Origin: Candidatus Epulonipiscium sp. | GTDB taxonomy: Bacteria; Bacillota; Clostridia; Lachnospirales; JAAYNZ01 | Assembly: GCA_012524135.1 (NCBI GenBank) | Contig: JAAYSE010000081.1 | Location: 1 to 55,120, forward strand | Direction of reading: 5' to 3' | Length of the DNA stretch: 55,120 nucleotides | Shown here: one piece after another, positions 41,888 through 50,045 of the stretch | Numbering within the stretch: position 1 is the stretch's first letter | How the letters are laid out: each line of letters opens with the position of its first letter | Notes under the pieces: model-generated | The model's input: the letters and a program-made list of their open reading frames with translations, nothing else | Told to the model about the DNA's origin: nothing | Database searches by the model: none | Made by a program: the position numbers and the translations under genes

Positions 41888-43162
41888 ATGACAAAAAATA
41901 ATCAAATCATAAATAATAATAATATAATAATTTCTCCAGCAAAAAAAATAATATTGGGTCTGCAACATGTATTAGCAATGTTTGGTGCCACAGTATTAGT
42001 ACCTTTTTTAACAGGATTAGATCCATCTATATCTATTTTATGTGCAGGTATTGGAACTCTTATTTTTCATTTGTGTACAAAAGGAAAAGTTCCCGTGTTT
42101 TTAGGTTCAAGTTTTGCTTTTATTGGAGCTATTGCTTTAACTTTATCTCAACATGGAATTGGCGTTGTTAAAGGTGGAATTATTGCAGCAGGACTTATTT
42201 ATGTTATTATGTCTTATATTATTAAAAAATTTGGAGTAAATACTGTTCATTCATTTTTTCCGCCCATTGTAACAGGACCTATTGTAATGGTTATCGGACT
42301 ACGTTTGAGTCCAACTGCTTTACAAATGAGTGGTTATTTTTATGATACTAAAGCTCAAGTAAGTGAAATAAACCCTAAATATTTATTAATTGCAGGTATT
42401 GTTGTTATCACAATGATCCTTGTATCTATTTTTGCTAAAGGTTTTTTTAAATTAGTTCCCATTTTAATTTCTGTTTTAGTAGGTTATTTTGTTTCTATTT
42501 TATTCGGATTAGTTGAATTTGAACCTATCAAAGAAGCGGCATGGTTTGGTTTTTCTCCTATTGCATGGGAACATATAAAAACTTTTCCCGTTTTCAATCT
42601 AACAGGAATTTTAGCGATCGCTCCAATTGCCCTAGTTGTATTTATTGAACATATAGGTGACATTACAACAAATGGAGCTGTTGTTGGAAAAGACTTTTTC
42701 ATTGATCCTGGTATTCATCGTACTATGCTAGGAGATGGATTGGCAACGATTGTAGCCGGATTCTTAGGTGGCCCTGCCAATACAACTTATAGTGAAAATA
42801 CAGGAGTTCTTGCTGTTACAAAAGTATATGACCCTAGTATTTTACGAATTGCTGCTATTTTTGCTATTATATTAAGTTTTATTGGAAAATTTGGAGCCAT
42901 TATTCGTTCTATTCCTAATCCTGTTATGGGGGGAATTAGTATTATTTTATTTGGTATGATTGCCAGTGTTGGTGTTCGAACCTTAATAGAATCAAAATTA
43001 GAATTTAGTTATAGCAGAAATCTTATTATTTCATCACTTATTTTGGTATTAGGTATAGCAATTCAAGAAGTTCCTATTGTTGAAGGAATTAGTATTTCTG
43101 GTTTGGCTATTGCAGCCCTTGTTGGAGTTATATTAAATAAAATTTTACCTGAAAATATTTAA
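41888..43162 (+). CDS. uraA: Uracil permease (NCS2 family)
   Basis: GLQHVLAMFGATVLVP, EHIGD, NTTYSENTGV; start moved to the ATG after AAGGAGG. Confidence 0.93.
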   Translation: MTKNNQIINNNNIIISPAKKIILGLQHVLAMFGATVLVPFLTGLDPSISILCAGIGTLIFHLCTKGKVPVFLGSSFAFIGAIALTLSQHGIGVVKGGIIAAGLIYVIMSYIIKKFGVNTVHSFFPPIVTGPIVMVIGLRLSPTALQMSGYFYDTKAQVSEINPKYLLIAGIVVITMILVSIFAKGFFKLVPILISVLVGYFVSILFGLVEFEPIKEAAWFGFSPIAWEHIKTFPVFNLTGILAIAPIALVVFIEHIGDITTNGAVVGKDFFIDPGIHRTMLGDGLATIVAGFLGGPANTTYSENTGVLAVTKVYDPSILRIAAIFAIILSFIGKFGAIIRSIPNPVMGGISIILFGMIASVGVRTLIESKLEFSYSRNLIISSLILVLGIAIQEVPIVEGISISGLAIAALVGVILNKILPENI

Positions 43163-43202
43163 TATAATTATATGATCACTCCTTTTGTAATAGAAAAGAT
43201 TT

Positions 43203-43231
43203 CACAATTTATAATTTGTGGACATACACTA
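43203..43231 (+). promoter_or_regulatory. Putative sigma-K promoter of sodC
   Basis: CACA-N16-CATACACTA matches mACm-N16-CATAnnnTA. Confidence 0.6.
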
Positions 43232-43276
43232 TATTACAAGTATAATTAGTTTCTATTATTTAGGAGGGATTAAATA

Positions 43277-43759
43277 ATGTTAGAATACAATACACAATTA
43301 TCTAAAGCTATTGCGTACATTCGTGGTGGCCCATTAGCACCTCAACTTCAGGGAATTATTGTTTTTAGAGATGTTCCTAATGGAGTAGAAATATATGTAC
43401 ACATACAGGGTTTACCAGCGTATCAACCTAGTCAATCTGGAAAGTCACCGATTGGACCTCATGGTTTTCATATTCATGAATTTGGGAATTGTAATATAGG
43501 TGATGTAGAAGAACCTTTTTTATCAGCGGGGGGACATTGGAATCCTGATCATCAACCCCATGGTAATCATGCTGGTGATTTTCCAGTATTATTTTCTAAT
43601 CATGGCACTGCAAAAATGTCATTTTTCACCAATCGGTTTACTGTTAATGATATTATTGGGAAAAGTATTATTATCCATGAGTCACCAGATGATTATCGCA
43701 CACAACCTGCAGGTAATTCAGGTAAAAGATTGGCTTGTGGCATTATACAACAACTATAA
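43277..43759 (+). CDS. sodC: Cu/Zn superoxide dismutase family protein, no signal peptide
   Basis: HGFHIHE, GGHWNP, PHGNHAGDFP, IIIHE, GNSGKRLACG. Confidence 0.92.
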   Translation: MLEYNTQLSKAIAYIRGGPLAPQLQGIIVFRDVPNGVEIYVHIQGLPAYQPSQSGKSPIGPHGFHIHEFGNCNIGDVEEPFLSAGGHWNPDHQPHGNHAGDFPVLFSNHGTAKMSFFTNRFTVNDIIGKSIIIHESPDDYRTQPAGNSGKRLACGIIQQL

Positions 43760-43760
43760 T

Positions 43761-43800
43761 ATAAAAAACTCTCCTAGATTTCTAAGAGAGTTTTTTATAT
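43761..43800 (+). terminator. Intrinsic terminator after sodC
   Basis: ATAAAAAACTCTC..GAGAGTTTTTTAT. Confidence 0.8.
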
Positions 43801-43875
43801 TATTTCTTAAATGCCCTTTTCTTTCTTTCTATTTTTTGTTACACTTAATTACGAAGTGGAAATGGAGGAATGAAA

Positions 43876-44637
43876 ATGAACTATAAAAATAAAGTAATAC
43901 TTGTGACAGGTGGTGGGCAAGGGATTGGAGCATGTATTGCAAAATCCTATGCTCAAAAAGGTGCATTTGTGATTATCTGCGATGTAGATGAAGAAGCAGG
44001 AAAAGAAACAGAAGCCTATATATTAGACCAAAATCAATCGTGTTTATTTATTCATGTCGATTTAAGTAAGCCTAAGAGCATTGAAAAAATGATGGAAACG
44101 ATCTCTAATCGTTTTGAAAGAATTGATATTCTTATTAATAACGCAGCTATTTCTTGTGGTGGTACTTTATGTAGTAGGCCGATTGAAGAGTGGAATCATG
44201 TTATTGCAGTAAATTTAACAGGCCCTTACTTAGTAACCAAATCAATAATTCCTTTTATGTATAATGAAGGCGGAAATATTATTAATATTATATCTACTCG
44301 TGCACTAATGTCTGAACCACATACGGAACCCTATTCCGCATCTAAAGGAGGATTATTAGCACTTACGCATTCTTTAGCAGCTAGTTTAGGACCCAAAATA
44401 CGAGTTAATGCAATTAGTCCAGGTTGGATTGATGTATCGCAATGGAAAAAACAAAAAGATAGAAAGTTTATTCATTTATCAGAAAATGATCATGCACAAC
44501 ATTTAGTAGGAAGAGTAGGAGTTCCAGAAGATATTGCTCATGCTTGCCTTTTCCTTACATCAGAAGAAGCTAGCTTTATTACAGGTACTAATTTGATTAT
44601 TGATGGTGGTATGACCATTAAGATGATTTATGAATAA
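43876..44637 (+). CDS. Short-chain dehydrogenase/reductase
   Basis: TGGGQGIG, NNAA, YSASK, NAISPGWI. Confidence 0.92.
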   Translation: MNYKNKVILVTGGGQGIGACIAKSYAQKGAFVIICDVDEEAGKETEAYILDQNQSCLFIHVDLSKPKSIEKMMETISNRFERIDILINNAAISCGGTLCSRPIEEWNHVIAVNLTGPYLVTKSIIPFMYNEGGNIINIISTRALMSEPHTEPYSASKGGLLALTHSLAASLGPKIRVNAISPGWIDVSQWKKQKDRKFIHLSENDHAQHLVGRVGVPEDIAHACLFLTSEEASFITGTNLIIDGGMTIKMIYE

Positions 44638-44649
44638 GGAGTTTTTAAA

Positions 44650-45210
44650 ATGGCAATGATAAAACGAAATCCTCAATATTTAAAAGAACAGAAAAAAAAA
44701 TATATTTTTTATACATTCATTTTATTAGTATTAATGTTATCTAACTATGTTTTTGGTTTATGGTTAACCAAAACTTCAAAAAATATATTTACAATAGTTT
44801 CAGTATTTTTTATTTTAGGTGTGGCACAAATGAGTGCTCGACTTGTTGTTTATCTTCCTTATAAAGATCCTCAAAAAGATTGGTTAGATCAATTTAAAGA
44901 TTTACCTGAATCCTATATTTTATGGAATAGTGCATTGATTACCAATGGACAAAAAAATGCATATTTTGATAGTTTACTTATAAGTAATTCAAAAATATAC
45001 TGTCTCAAACAAATAATGCCTTCTAAAAGTGAACAGTTGGAAACTATTATAATTTCCATTTTTGAAAAAAGAGGACTGGAAGATTCTTTAGAATTTATTT
45101 ATGGAAATCAAAAAGTAAGTTCTCTAATTTCTCAACTAAAAAAGAAACAATGTACAAATATATCTCAGCAAAAAGAATTTATACGAATTATTCGTATGTA
45201 TTCTTTATAA
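44650..45210 (+). CDS. Hypothetical membrane protein (two N-terminal TM helices plus soluble domain)
   Basis: AAGGAG RBS; two hydrophobic segments, then alpha/beta-like region (FDSLLISNSKIYCL). Confidence 0.7.
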   Translation: MAMIKRNPQYLKEQKKKYIFYTFILLVLMLSNYVFGLWLTKTSKNIFTIVSVFFILGVAQMSARLVVYLPYKDPQKDWLDQFKDLPESYILWNSALITNGQKNAYFDSLLISNSKIYCLKQIMPSKSEQLETIIISIFEKRGLEDSLEFIYGNQKVSSLISQLKKKQCTNISQQKEFIRIIRMYSL

Positions 45211-45267
45211 ATATATAATTTTTTAGTATATAAATAGTTATTAATAATTAAAACAAAGGGAGAGTCT

Positions 45268-46230
45268 ATGAAAGAATTAATCATTCAGACTAATGATAAA
45301 GATCAACGATTAGATAAGTTTTTAATGAAATATATGCATTTAGCTCCAAAAAGTTTTATTTACAAAATGCTTAGGAAAAAAAGAATTAAATATAATAATA
45401 AAAAAGCTATAGGAAATGAAATAATAAATGCAGGAGATAAAATACAATTTTATCTCCATGAAGAAACGATAAAAAAATTTCAAGAAAATGTAGCCTCCAA
45501 AATTTACCCAATGAACCTAACATTTAAAGTTATTTACGAAGATGAAAATATTTTAATTTGTGATAAACCTGTTGGTTTGTTAGTTCATCCAGATCAAGTG
45601 AATCAAAAAAACACATTATTAAATCAAGTTTTATATTATTTATATAAAAATTCTGAATATAATCCAGAACAAGAACAAGGTTTTATTCCAGGATTATGTA
45701 ACCGCTTAGATAGAAATACAAGTGGTTTAGTTATCGTGGGAAAAAATTTAAGTACCCTACAAGAAATTAATAAATTATTTAAATATCAAAAAATAGATCG
45801 CTATTATATGACAGTAGTTAAAGGGAAAATTATAAAAAAAGGAGAATTAGTAGATTATTATTCTAAAGATTATAATCAAAATAAAGGAAAACTGCATAAG
45901 AATCCTATCAAACAAAGTAAATTAATGAAAACATTTTATTCTCCAATTAAATGTGGATCTCAGAATACGTTGTTAGAAGTCAAGCTTATTACGGGACGTA
46001 CTCATCAAATTCGGTTACATTTATCTTCTATAGGACATCCTATCGCAGGAGATCCAAAATATGGAGATCTAAAATGGAATCAACAATTATATATGCAGTA
46101 TAAAATAAATCATCAATTATTACATGCATATAAAATAAAATTTTCAATGATGTCTAATCATTTACAATATTTAAATGGAAAAGAATTTATTTCTTATCCA
46201 CCAAAAATATTTTATCAAATAATGGAGTAA
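45268..46230 (+). CDS. RluA-family pseudouridine synthase (RluC-like)
   Basis: QRLDKFL S4 domain, NRLDRNTSG, TGRTHQIR, GDPKYG. Confidence 0.92.
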   Translation: MKELIIQTNDKDQRLDKFLMKYMHLAPKSFIYKMLRKKRIKYNNKKAIGNEIINAGDKIQFYLHEETIKKFQENVASKIYPMNLTFKVIYEDENILICDKPVGLLVHPDQVNQKNTLLNQVLYYLYKNSEYNPEQEQGFIPGLCNRLDRNTSGLVIVGKNLSTLQEINKLFKYQKIDRYYMTVVKGKIIKKGELVDYYSKDYNQNKGKLHKNPIKQSKLMKTFYSPIKCGSQNTLLEVKLITGRTHQIRLHLSSIGHPIAGDPKYGDLKWNQQLYMQYKINHQLLHAYKIKFSMMSNHLQYLNGKEFISYPPKIFYQIME

Positions 46231-46259
46231 GGAATTATTTGTATTTAAATTTTAATTTA

Positions 46260-47459
46260 TCATGAAGAAAAAGAATCTGGATATTTTTTAACCTGTATAA
46301 AATGTTGAATTTCTTTAGCAGTAAAACCGGCTTTTTTTAAGCAATGACTACATAAGTCTATATGATTAGATAATAAATAATAGTGTGCTGCTATTTCCCA
46401 CTTTTCTATTAGCTCTAAAAATTGTGCAGCTTTATAAGGATTTTCTATTTTTTTTATCCACTTTAAAGCTAGTTCTATTTTTTCTTGATTTATAAAATAA
46501 ATTACTGCTTTTTCAAAAAGCTGATATTTATCGTATAATTCTTCTAGTTTATTTATATTTTTTTGTTTCTCAAGATAATTGATAAAAATATGAGCCTGTT
46601 CATCTGTTTTAATCATTTTTTCAGCTGTTTCTACCATATGATGTTGAAGCAAAAGATGTATTGCTTCTTCGATTTTTTGTTCATGAACTAATAATTTAGT
46701 AGCTTCTTCGATATATCCTAATTCTTGATATAGGTGGATAGCTTTAGGAATATGAATATTTTCTAAATATTGAGCGGCTTGTAATAAATAACCTTCTTCT
46801 AATGCTTTATGAGCTAAATGCTCATAAATTCTTTGTACAATAATATCATTTTCTAAAATTTTTGCAGCGCTTATAGCTTTTTCCCAAATTTGCATACGAA
46901 TATAAAGTTTTAAAGCTTGTTCATAATTTTCTTTATCAAAAAAAGTATCTGCTTGTTTTTCAATAAATCGATATCCTCTTTTACGTTTTTCAGGATTATC
47001 TAATCGATCTATACAATCTAAAGCACGAAAGTGTTGTTCTAAATCCATATAACATTCTGCTGCTTTATCCCATAAATTTAATTTTTTATATAAAGAAGCA
47101 GCTTTTATTTTATCAAAATAAGAATACATATGAGCAGCTTTATTTAATAAGCCCTGTTTTTCACAAAAAGGAGCACCAAGCTCATATAACTCATACAATT
47201 CTACTGTATGAAGAGCTTTTTCACATTCTTTATTTTTAATATAGTAATAAAATACACTTTCATAATCTTTTAATATCTTACTTATTTCAATTACTTTAGA
47301 CCAATTTTCTAATTGAATGTATTTTTTTCGTGCTATTCTATAATAACCTTTGCGTTCTAAAAAAAGAGCTTGCTCTTTTATGGGTAAAGAAAAGTACTGT
47401 ACTTCTTTTTTTATCCATTTTTCGCATTTTTCAAACATATTCATGAAAAGATCCATCAT
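46260..47459 (-). CDS. Alpha-solenoid (TPR/SNAP/clathrin-like) repeat protein
   Basis: Many short repeats xxAAxxY/L (KAAHMY, KAASLY, KAAECY, QALKLY, QAAQYL, KAAQFL, IAAHYY); AGGTGA RBS. Confidence 0.7.
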   Translation of the reverse strand: MMDLFMNMFEKCEKWIKKEVQYFSLPIKEQALFLERKGYYRIARKKYIQLENWSKVIEISKILKDYESVFYYYIKNKECEKALHTVELYELYELGAPFCEKQGLLNKAAHMYSYFDKIKAASLYKKLNLWDKAAECYMDLEQHFRALDCIDRLDNPEKRKRGYRFIEKQADTFFDKENYEQALKLYIRMQIWEKAISAAKILENDIIVQRIYEHLAHKALEEGYLLQAAQYLENIHIPKAIHLYQELGYIEEATKLLVHEQKIEEAIHLLLQHHMVETAEKMIKTDEQAHIFINYLEKQKNINKLEELYDKYQLFEKAVIYFINQEKIELALKWIKKIENPYKAAQFLELIEKWEIAAHYYLLSNHIDLCSHCLKKAGFTAKEIQHFIQVKKYPDSFSS

Positions 47460-47481
47460 TTTACATCACCTAATTTAAGTA

Positions 47482-47511
47482 TAATCGTTCCCCTTTATAA
47501 AATCAATAAAC
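47482..47511 (-). promoter_or_regulatory. Putative sigma-F promoter of the alpha-solenoid gene
   Basis: Minus strand GTTTA-N15-GGAACGATTA (one mismatch to GGnnAnAHTR). Confidence 0.45.
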
Positions 47512-47628
47512 AAAAATAGATTAATTTTCTTATATCTTGTATAATAGAAAATTATATATGTGTTATTATTTTAAAAGAGACCTCTTTAGTTATAAGATAA
47601 AAAATTGCAAAAAAGTGAGGCGATCTTT

Positions 47629-48171
47629 ATGGGTTATTGGAATACAAGAGGACTACGTGGTAGTACATTAGAAGAATTAATTAATCTAACAAATGAATTA
47701 TATTATTCAAAAAAATTAGCTCTTGTTCAAAAAATACCTACACCAATTAAGCCAATTAAAATCAATAAAGAAAATCGTACTATTACACTTGCTTATTTTG
47801 AACAAAAAAGTACGGTAGATTATATAGGAGTAGTACAGGGAATTCCTATCTGCTTTGATGCTAAGGAAACAAGTCAAAAATATTTGCCACTTCAAAATAT
47901 TCATGATCATCAAATACAGTTTATGTCTTGTTTTGAAGAACAAGAAGGAGTTGCTTTTTTACTTGTTTATTTTTCTTATTATAATAAATATTTTTTTCTT
48001 CCTTTTTCCATATTAAAAAATTGGTGGAATCAGGCACAAAATGGTGGAAGAAAATCTATTCCTTATAGAGTTTTTCCTGAAAAATTTTGTATTGAAAATA
48101 AAAATGGAGCTTATGTTCATTATTTAGAAGCTTTAAATACATATTTACTATCTAAAACTAGAAATAGATAG
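47629..48171 (+). CDS. recU: Holliday junction resolvase RecU
   Basis: RGSTLEELIN, QKIPTP, STVDYIG, FDAKET, HQI. Confidence 0.93.
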   Translation: MGYWNTRGLRGSTLEELINLTNELYYSKKLALVQKIPTPIKPIKINKENRTITLAYFEQKSTVDYIGVVQGIPICFDAKETSQKYLPLQNIHDHQIQFMSCFEEQEGVAFLLVYFSYYNKYFFLPFSILKNWWNQAQNGGRKSIPYRVFPEKFCIENKNGAYVHYLEALNTYLLSKTRNR

Positions 48172-48243
48172 TATAAAAATGCAAATAATGTATAAAACAA
48201 ATAAAAAATGTTGATACTCCTAGATGGTAAAAGGAGTGTTTCT

Positions 48244-49542
48244 ATGAAAAAAAAGTATTGGTCTATTATTTATGGAAGTATTATTATCATATTTTTTATT
48301 TGTTGTTTTATAAATCAATCTCATTCTAGTGTCTCTACTAATCCACATGATAAACAAACTATATCTTCAGAACAATTTTTAATAGAAATTCCTTATCAAT
48401 TATGGATAGAAGAAAATAATTATTGTTTGAATCTTTATGAACCAATAGAAGGATGTTACATAGGCGCTTATATTTTAGCTAATAAGTATGTTGATTTTGA
48501 TATTCAAGAATTTGAAAAGAAAGTTCAAAAACCCCATAGTACTTATATGTATAATCTTAAATTAGGAGAACCTTTTCCTTTGGACTGGGTCTTAGATTGT
48601 ACCAGTCAAATGAAAGTACCACATATTATTATTCATCCTCCTTCTCATTTATTTCCTTATCAAGAACATTTATTAGAACAAACATCTAAGGAATTTGGAG
48701 AATTTTTTATCCCTATGTTTGTACAATTATATCCTAATTTTACAGATTATATGGGTAGTCCTAGTGAATACAAAAATTTTTTTCAAACAGCTTCTCGTAT
48801 TTTTAAAAAAAATGCTCCCAATGTTAGTATAGTTTGGAGTTTACCTGTTGAAAACCTTTATCATAGTTTTTTATATGATCCTGGTGACGTATCTATGGAC
48901 TGGATTGGGATTCATGTGAATATTTCTACTAAAGAACAAGAAAAAAATAATAATAAAGATATTTTACAATCTATATATGATTTTTATATTACTTATCAAC
49001 ATAGAAAACCTTTAATGATTTCTCAATTAGAAATTGCTCACTATTCAACTAAAAATCATAGTTACTATATTAATGAGACCAAAACAATATTGAAAGAAAT
49101 TTATGATAAAATTAAAACTATGTATCCAAGAATTAAAGCTATTCAGTATATGAATACTTATCAAAAAGAAATAAATTCCTTAAATCATACCTATGAAAAC
49201 TTTAGTATAACAGAACAACCTGAAATATTAGATACGTATAAAAATCTGATTGCTTCTTCTCATTATTTAGAAAATATAGATGTACAATCTAATGGAGAAG
49301 TTTACCCTCAATGGATTTTACTTGATACTCCTATATATTATTTGAATGAGAAACTTTATGTATCAGATTATTTTTTTGCTCAACCCTATATACAAACAAA
49401 GTTTAATAATTTAGTAAAAAAACCTATCATTATAAAAAATCAAAAATTATATTCACTAGAAAGTATTTGTAAGGATATTGGATATAAACTAAAAATGAAT
49501 CAAAGAAAAAACTGTATTTATTTAACATTCGATAGGAGTTAG
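48244..49542 (+). CDS. Exported GH26-like (clan GH-A) protein, catalytic residues apparently lost
   Basis: N-terminal signal/TM; [36 protein letters not shown]; short copper-amine-oxidase-N-like tail. Confidence 0.65.
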   Translation: MKKKYWSIIYGSIIIIFFICCFINQSHSSVSTNPHDKQTISSEQFLIEIPYQLWIEENNYCLNLYEPIEGCYIGAYILANKYVDFDIQEFEKKVQKPHSTYMYNLKLGEPFPLDWVLDCTSQMKVPHIIIHPPSHLFPYQEHLLEQTSKEFGEFFIPMFVQLYPNFTDYMGSPSEYKNFFQTASRIFKKNAPNVSIVWSLPVENLYHSFLYDPGDVSMDWIGIHVNISTKEQEKNNNKDILQSIYDFYITYQHRKPLMISQLEIAHYSTKNHSYYINETKTILKEIYDKIKTMYPRIKAIQYMNTYQKEINSLNHTYENFSITEQPEILDTYKNLIASSHYLENIDVQSNGEVYPQWILLDTPIYYLNEKLYVSDYFFAQPYIQTKFNNLVKKPIIIKNQKLYSLESICKDIGYKLKMNQRKNCIYLTFDRS

Positions 49543-49547
49543 ACAAA

Positions 49548-49843
49548 ATGTTATATGTTTATGATGAACAATGGCCTTGGGAATTAATACAATGGTATTT
49601 AAAAAACAAACGTGATTTACCTTGGAGAAATAAAAAAGATCCGTATAGTATTTGGATTTCAGAAATTATGTTACAACAAACTATTGGAAAATGAAAGTGT
49701 ATATTTGTGAATTATTATCACAAGATATTTTAGAAACAATGCAATGGGTTTCTTTTAAAATGATAAATAATCTAACCATTCCTACCGCATATCAAAATAT
49801 TAAAAAAAATATTTTTAATAATTCATATTATCAACAAAAATAA
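49548..49843 (+). pseudogene. mutY: mutY (A/G-specific adenine glycosylase) with internal deletion and frameshift
   Basis: 49548-49694 encodes ...[33 protein letters not shown]. Another frame continues WKMKVY...WV...IPTAY (MutY C-terminal-like) to the stop at 49843. Confidence 0.88.
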
Positions 49844-49883
49844 TATTCTGATTTAACTCATTACTTGTTATAGTAATATTTTT

Positions 49884-49935
49884 TAAGACCAGATAGATTG
49901 AATCAATATTGATTGAATCTATCTGGTCTTATTTT
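49884..49935 (+). terminator. 48-bp near-perfect palindrome / terminator upstream of the his promoter
   Basis: TAAGACCAGATAGATT-g-AATCAATATTGATT-g-AATCTATCTGGTCTTA, then TTTT. Confidence 0.75.
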
Positions 49936-49961
49936 AAAGTTAACAAAATGTTTAAAAAAAG

Positions 49962-49990
49962 TTGACAAATAGGTTAATTCCTATTATAAT
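49962..49990 (+). promoter_or_regulatory. Sigma-A promoter of the his operon
   Basis: TTGACA-N17-TATAAT. Confidence 0.88.
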
Positions 49991-50005
49991 AATTTAATAG
50001 GTTAT

Positions 50006-50025
50006 TACTCTACTTTGTTAAAGTA
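50006..50025. promoter_or_regulatory. Putative HisR (YerC/TrpR-family) operator
   Basis: TACTCTA-N6-TAAAGTA, one mismatch to YACTTTA-N6-TAAAGTR, between promoter and RBS. Confidence 0.65.
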
Positions 50026-50045
50026 GGAAAGCGAAGGTGAATTAA

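Noticed and set aside
43175-43186. Strong minus-strand SD (AAAAGGAGTGAT) suggesting a lost divergent gene
   Set aside because: No start codon or ORF follows it, so there is not enough evidence for a pseudogene.
49652-49843. 63-aa ORF as an independent gene
   Set aside because: It has no RBS, and its 3' part is the out-of-frame C-terminal remnant of mutY.
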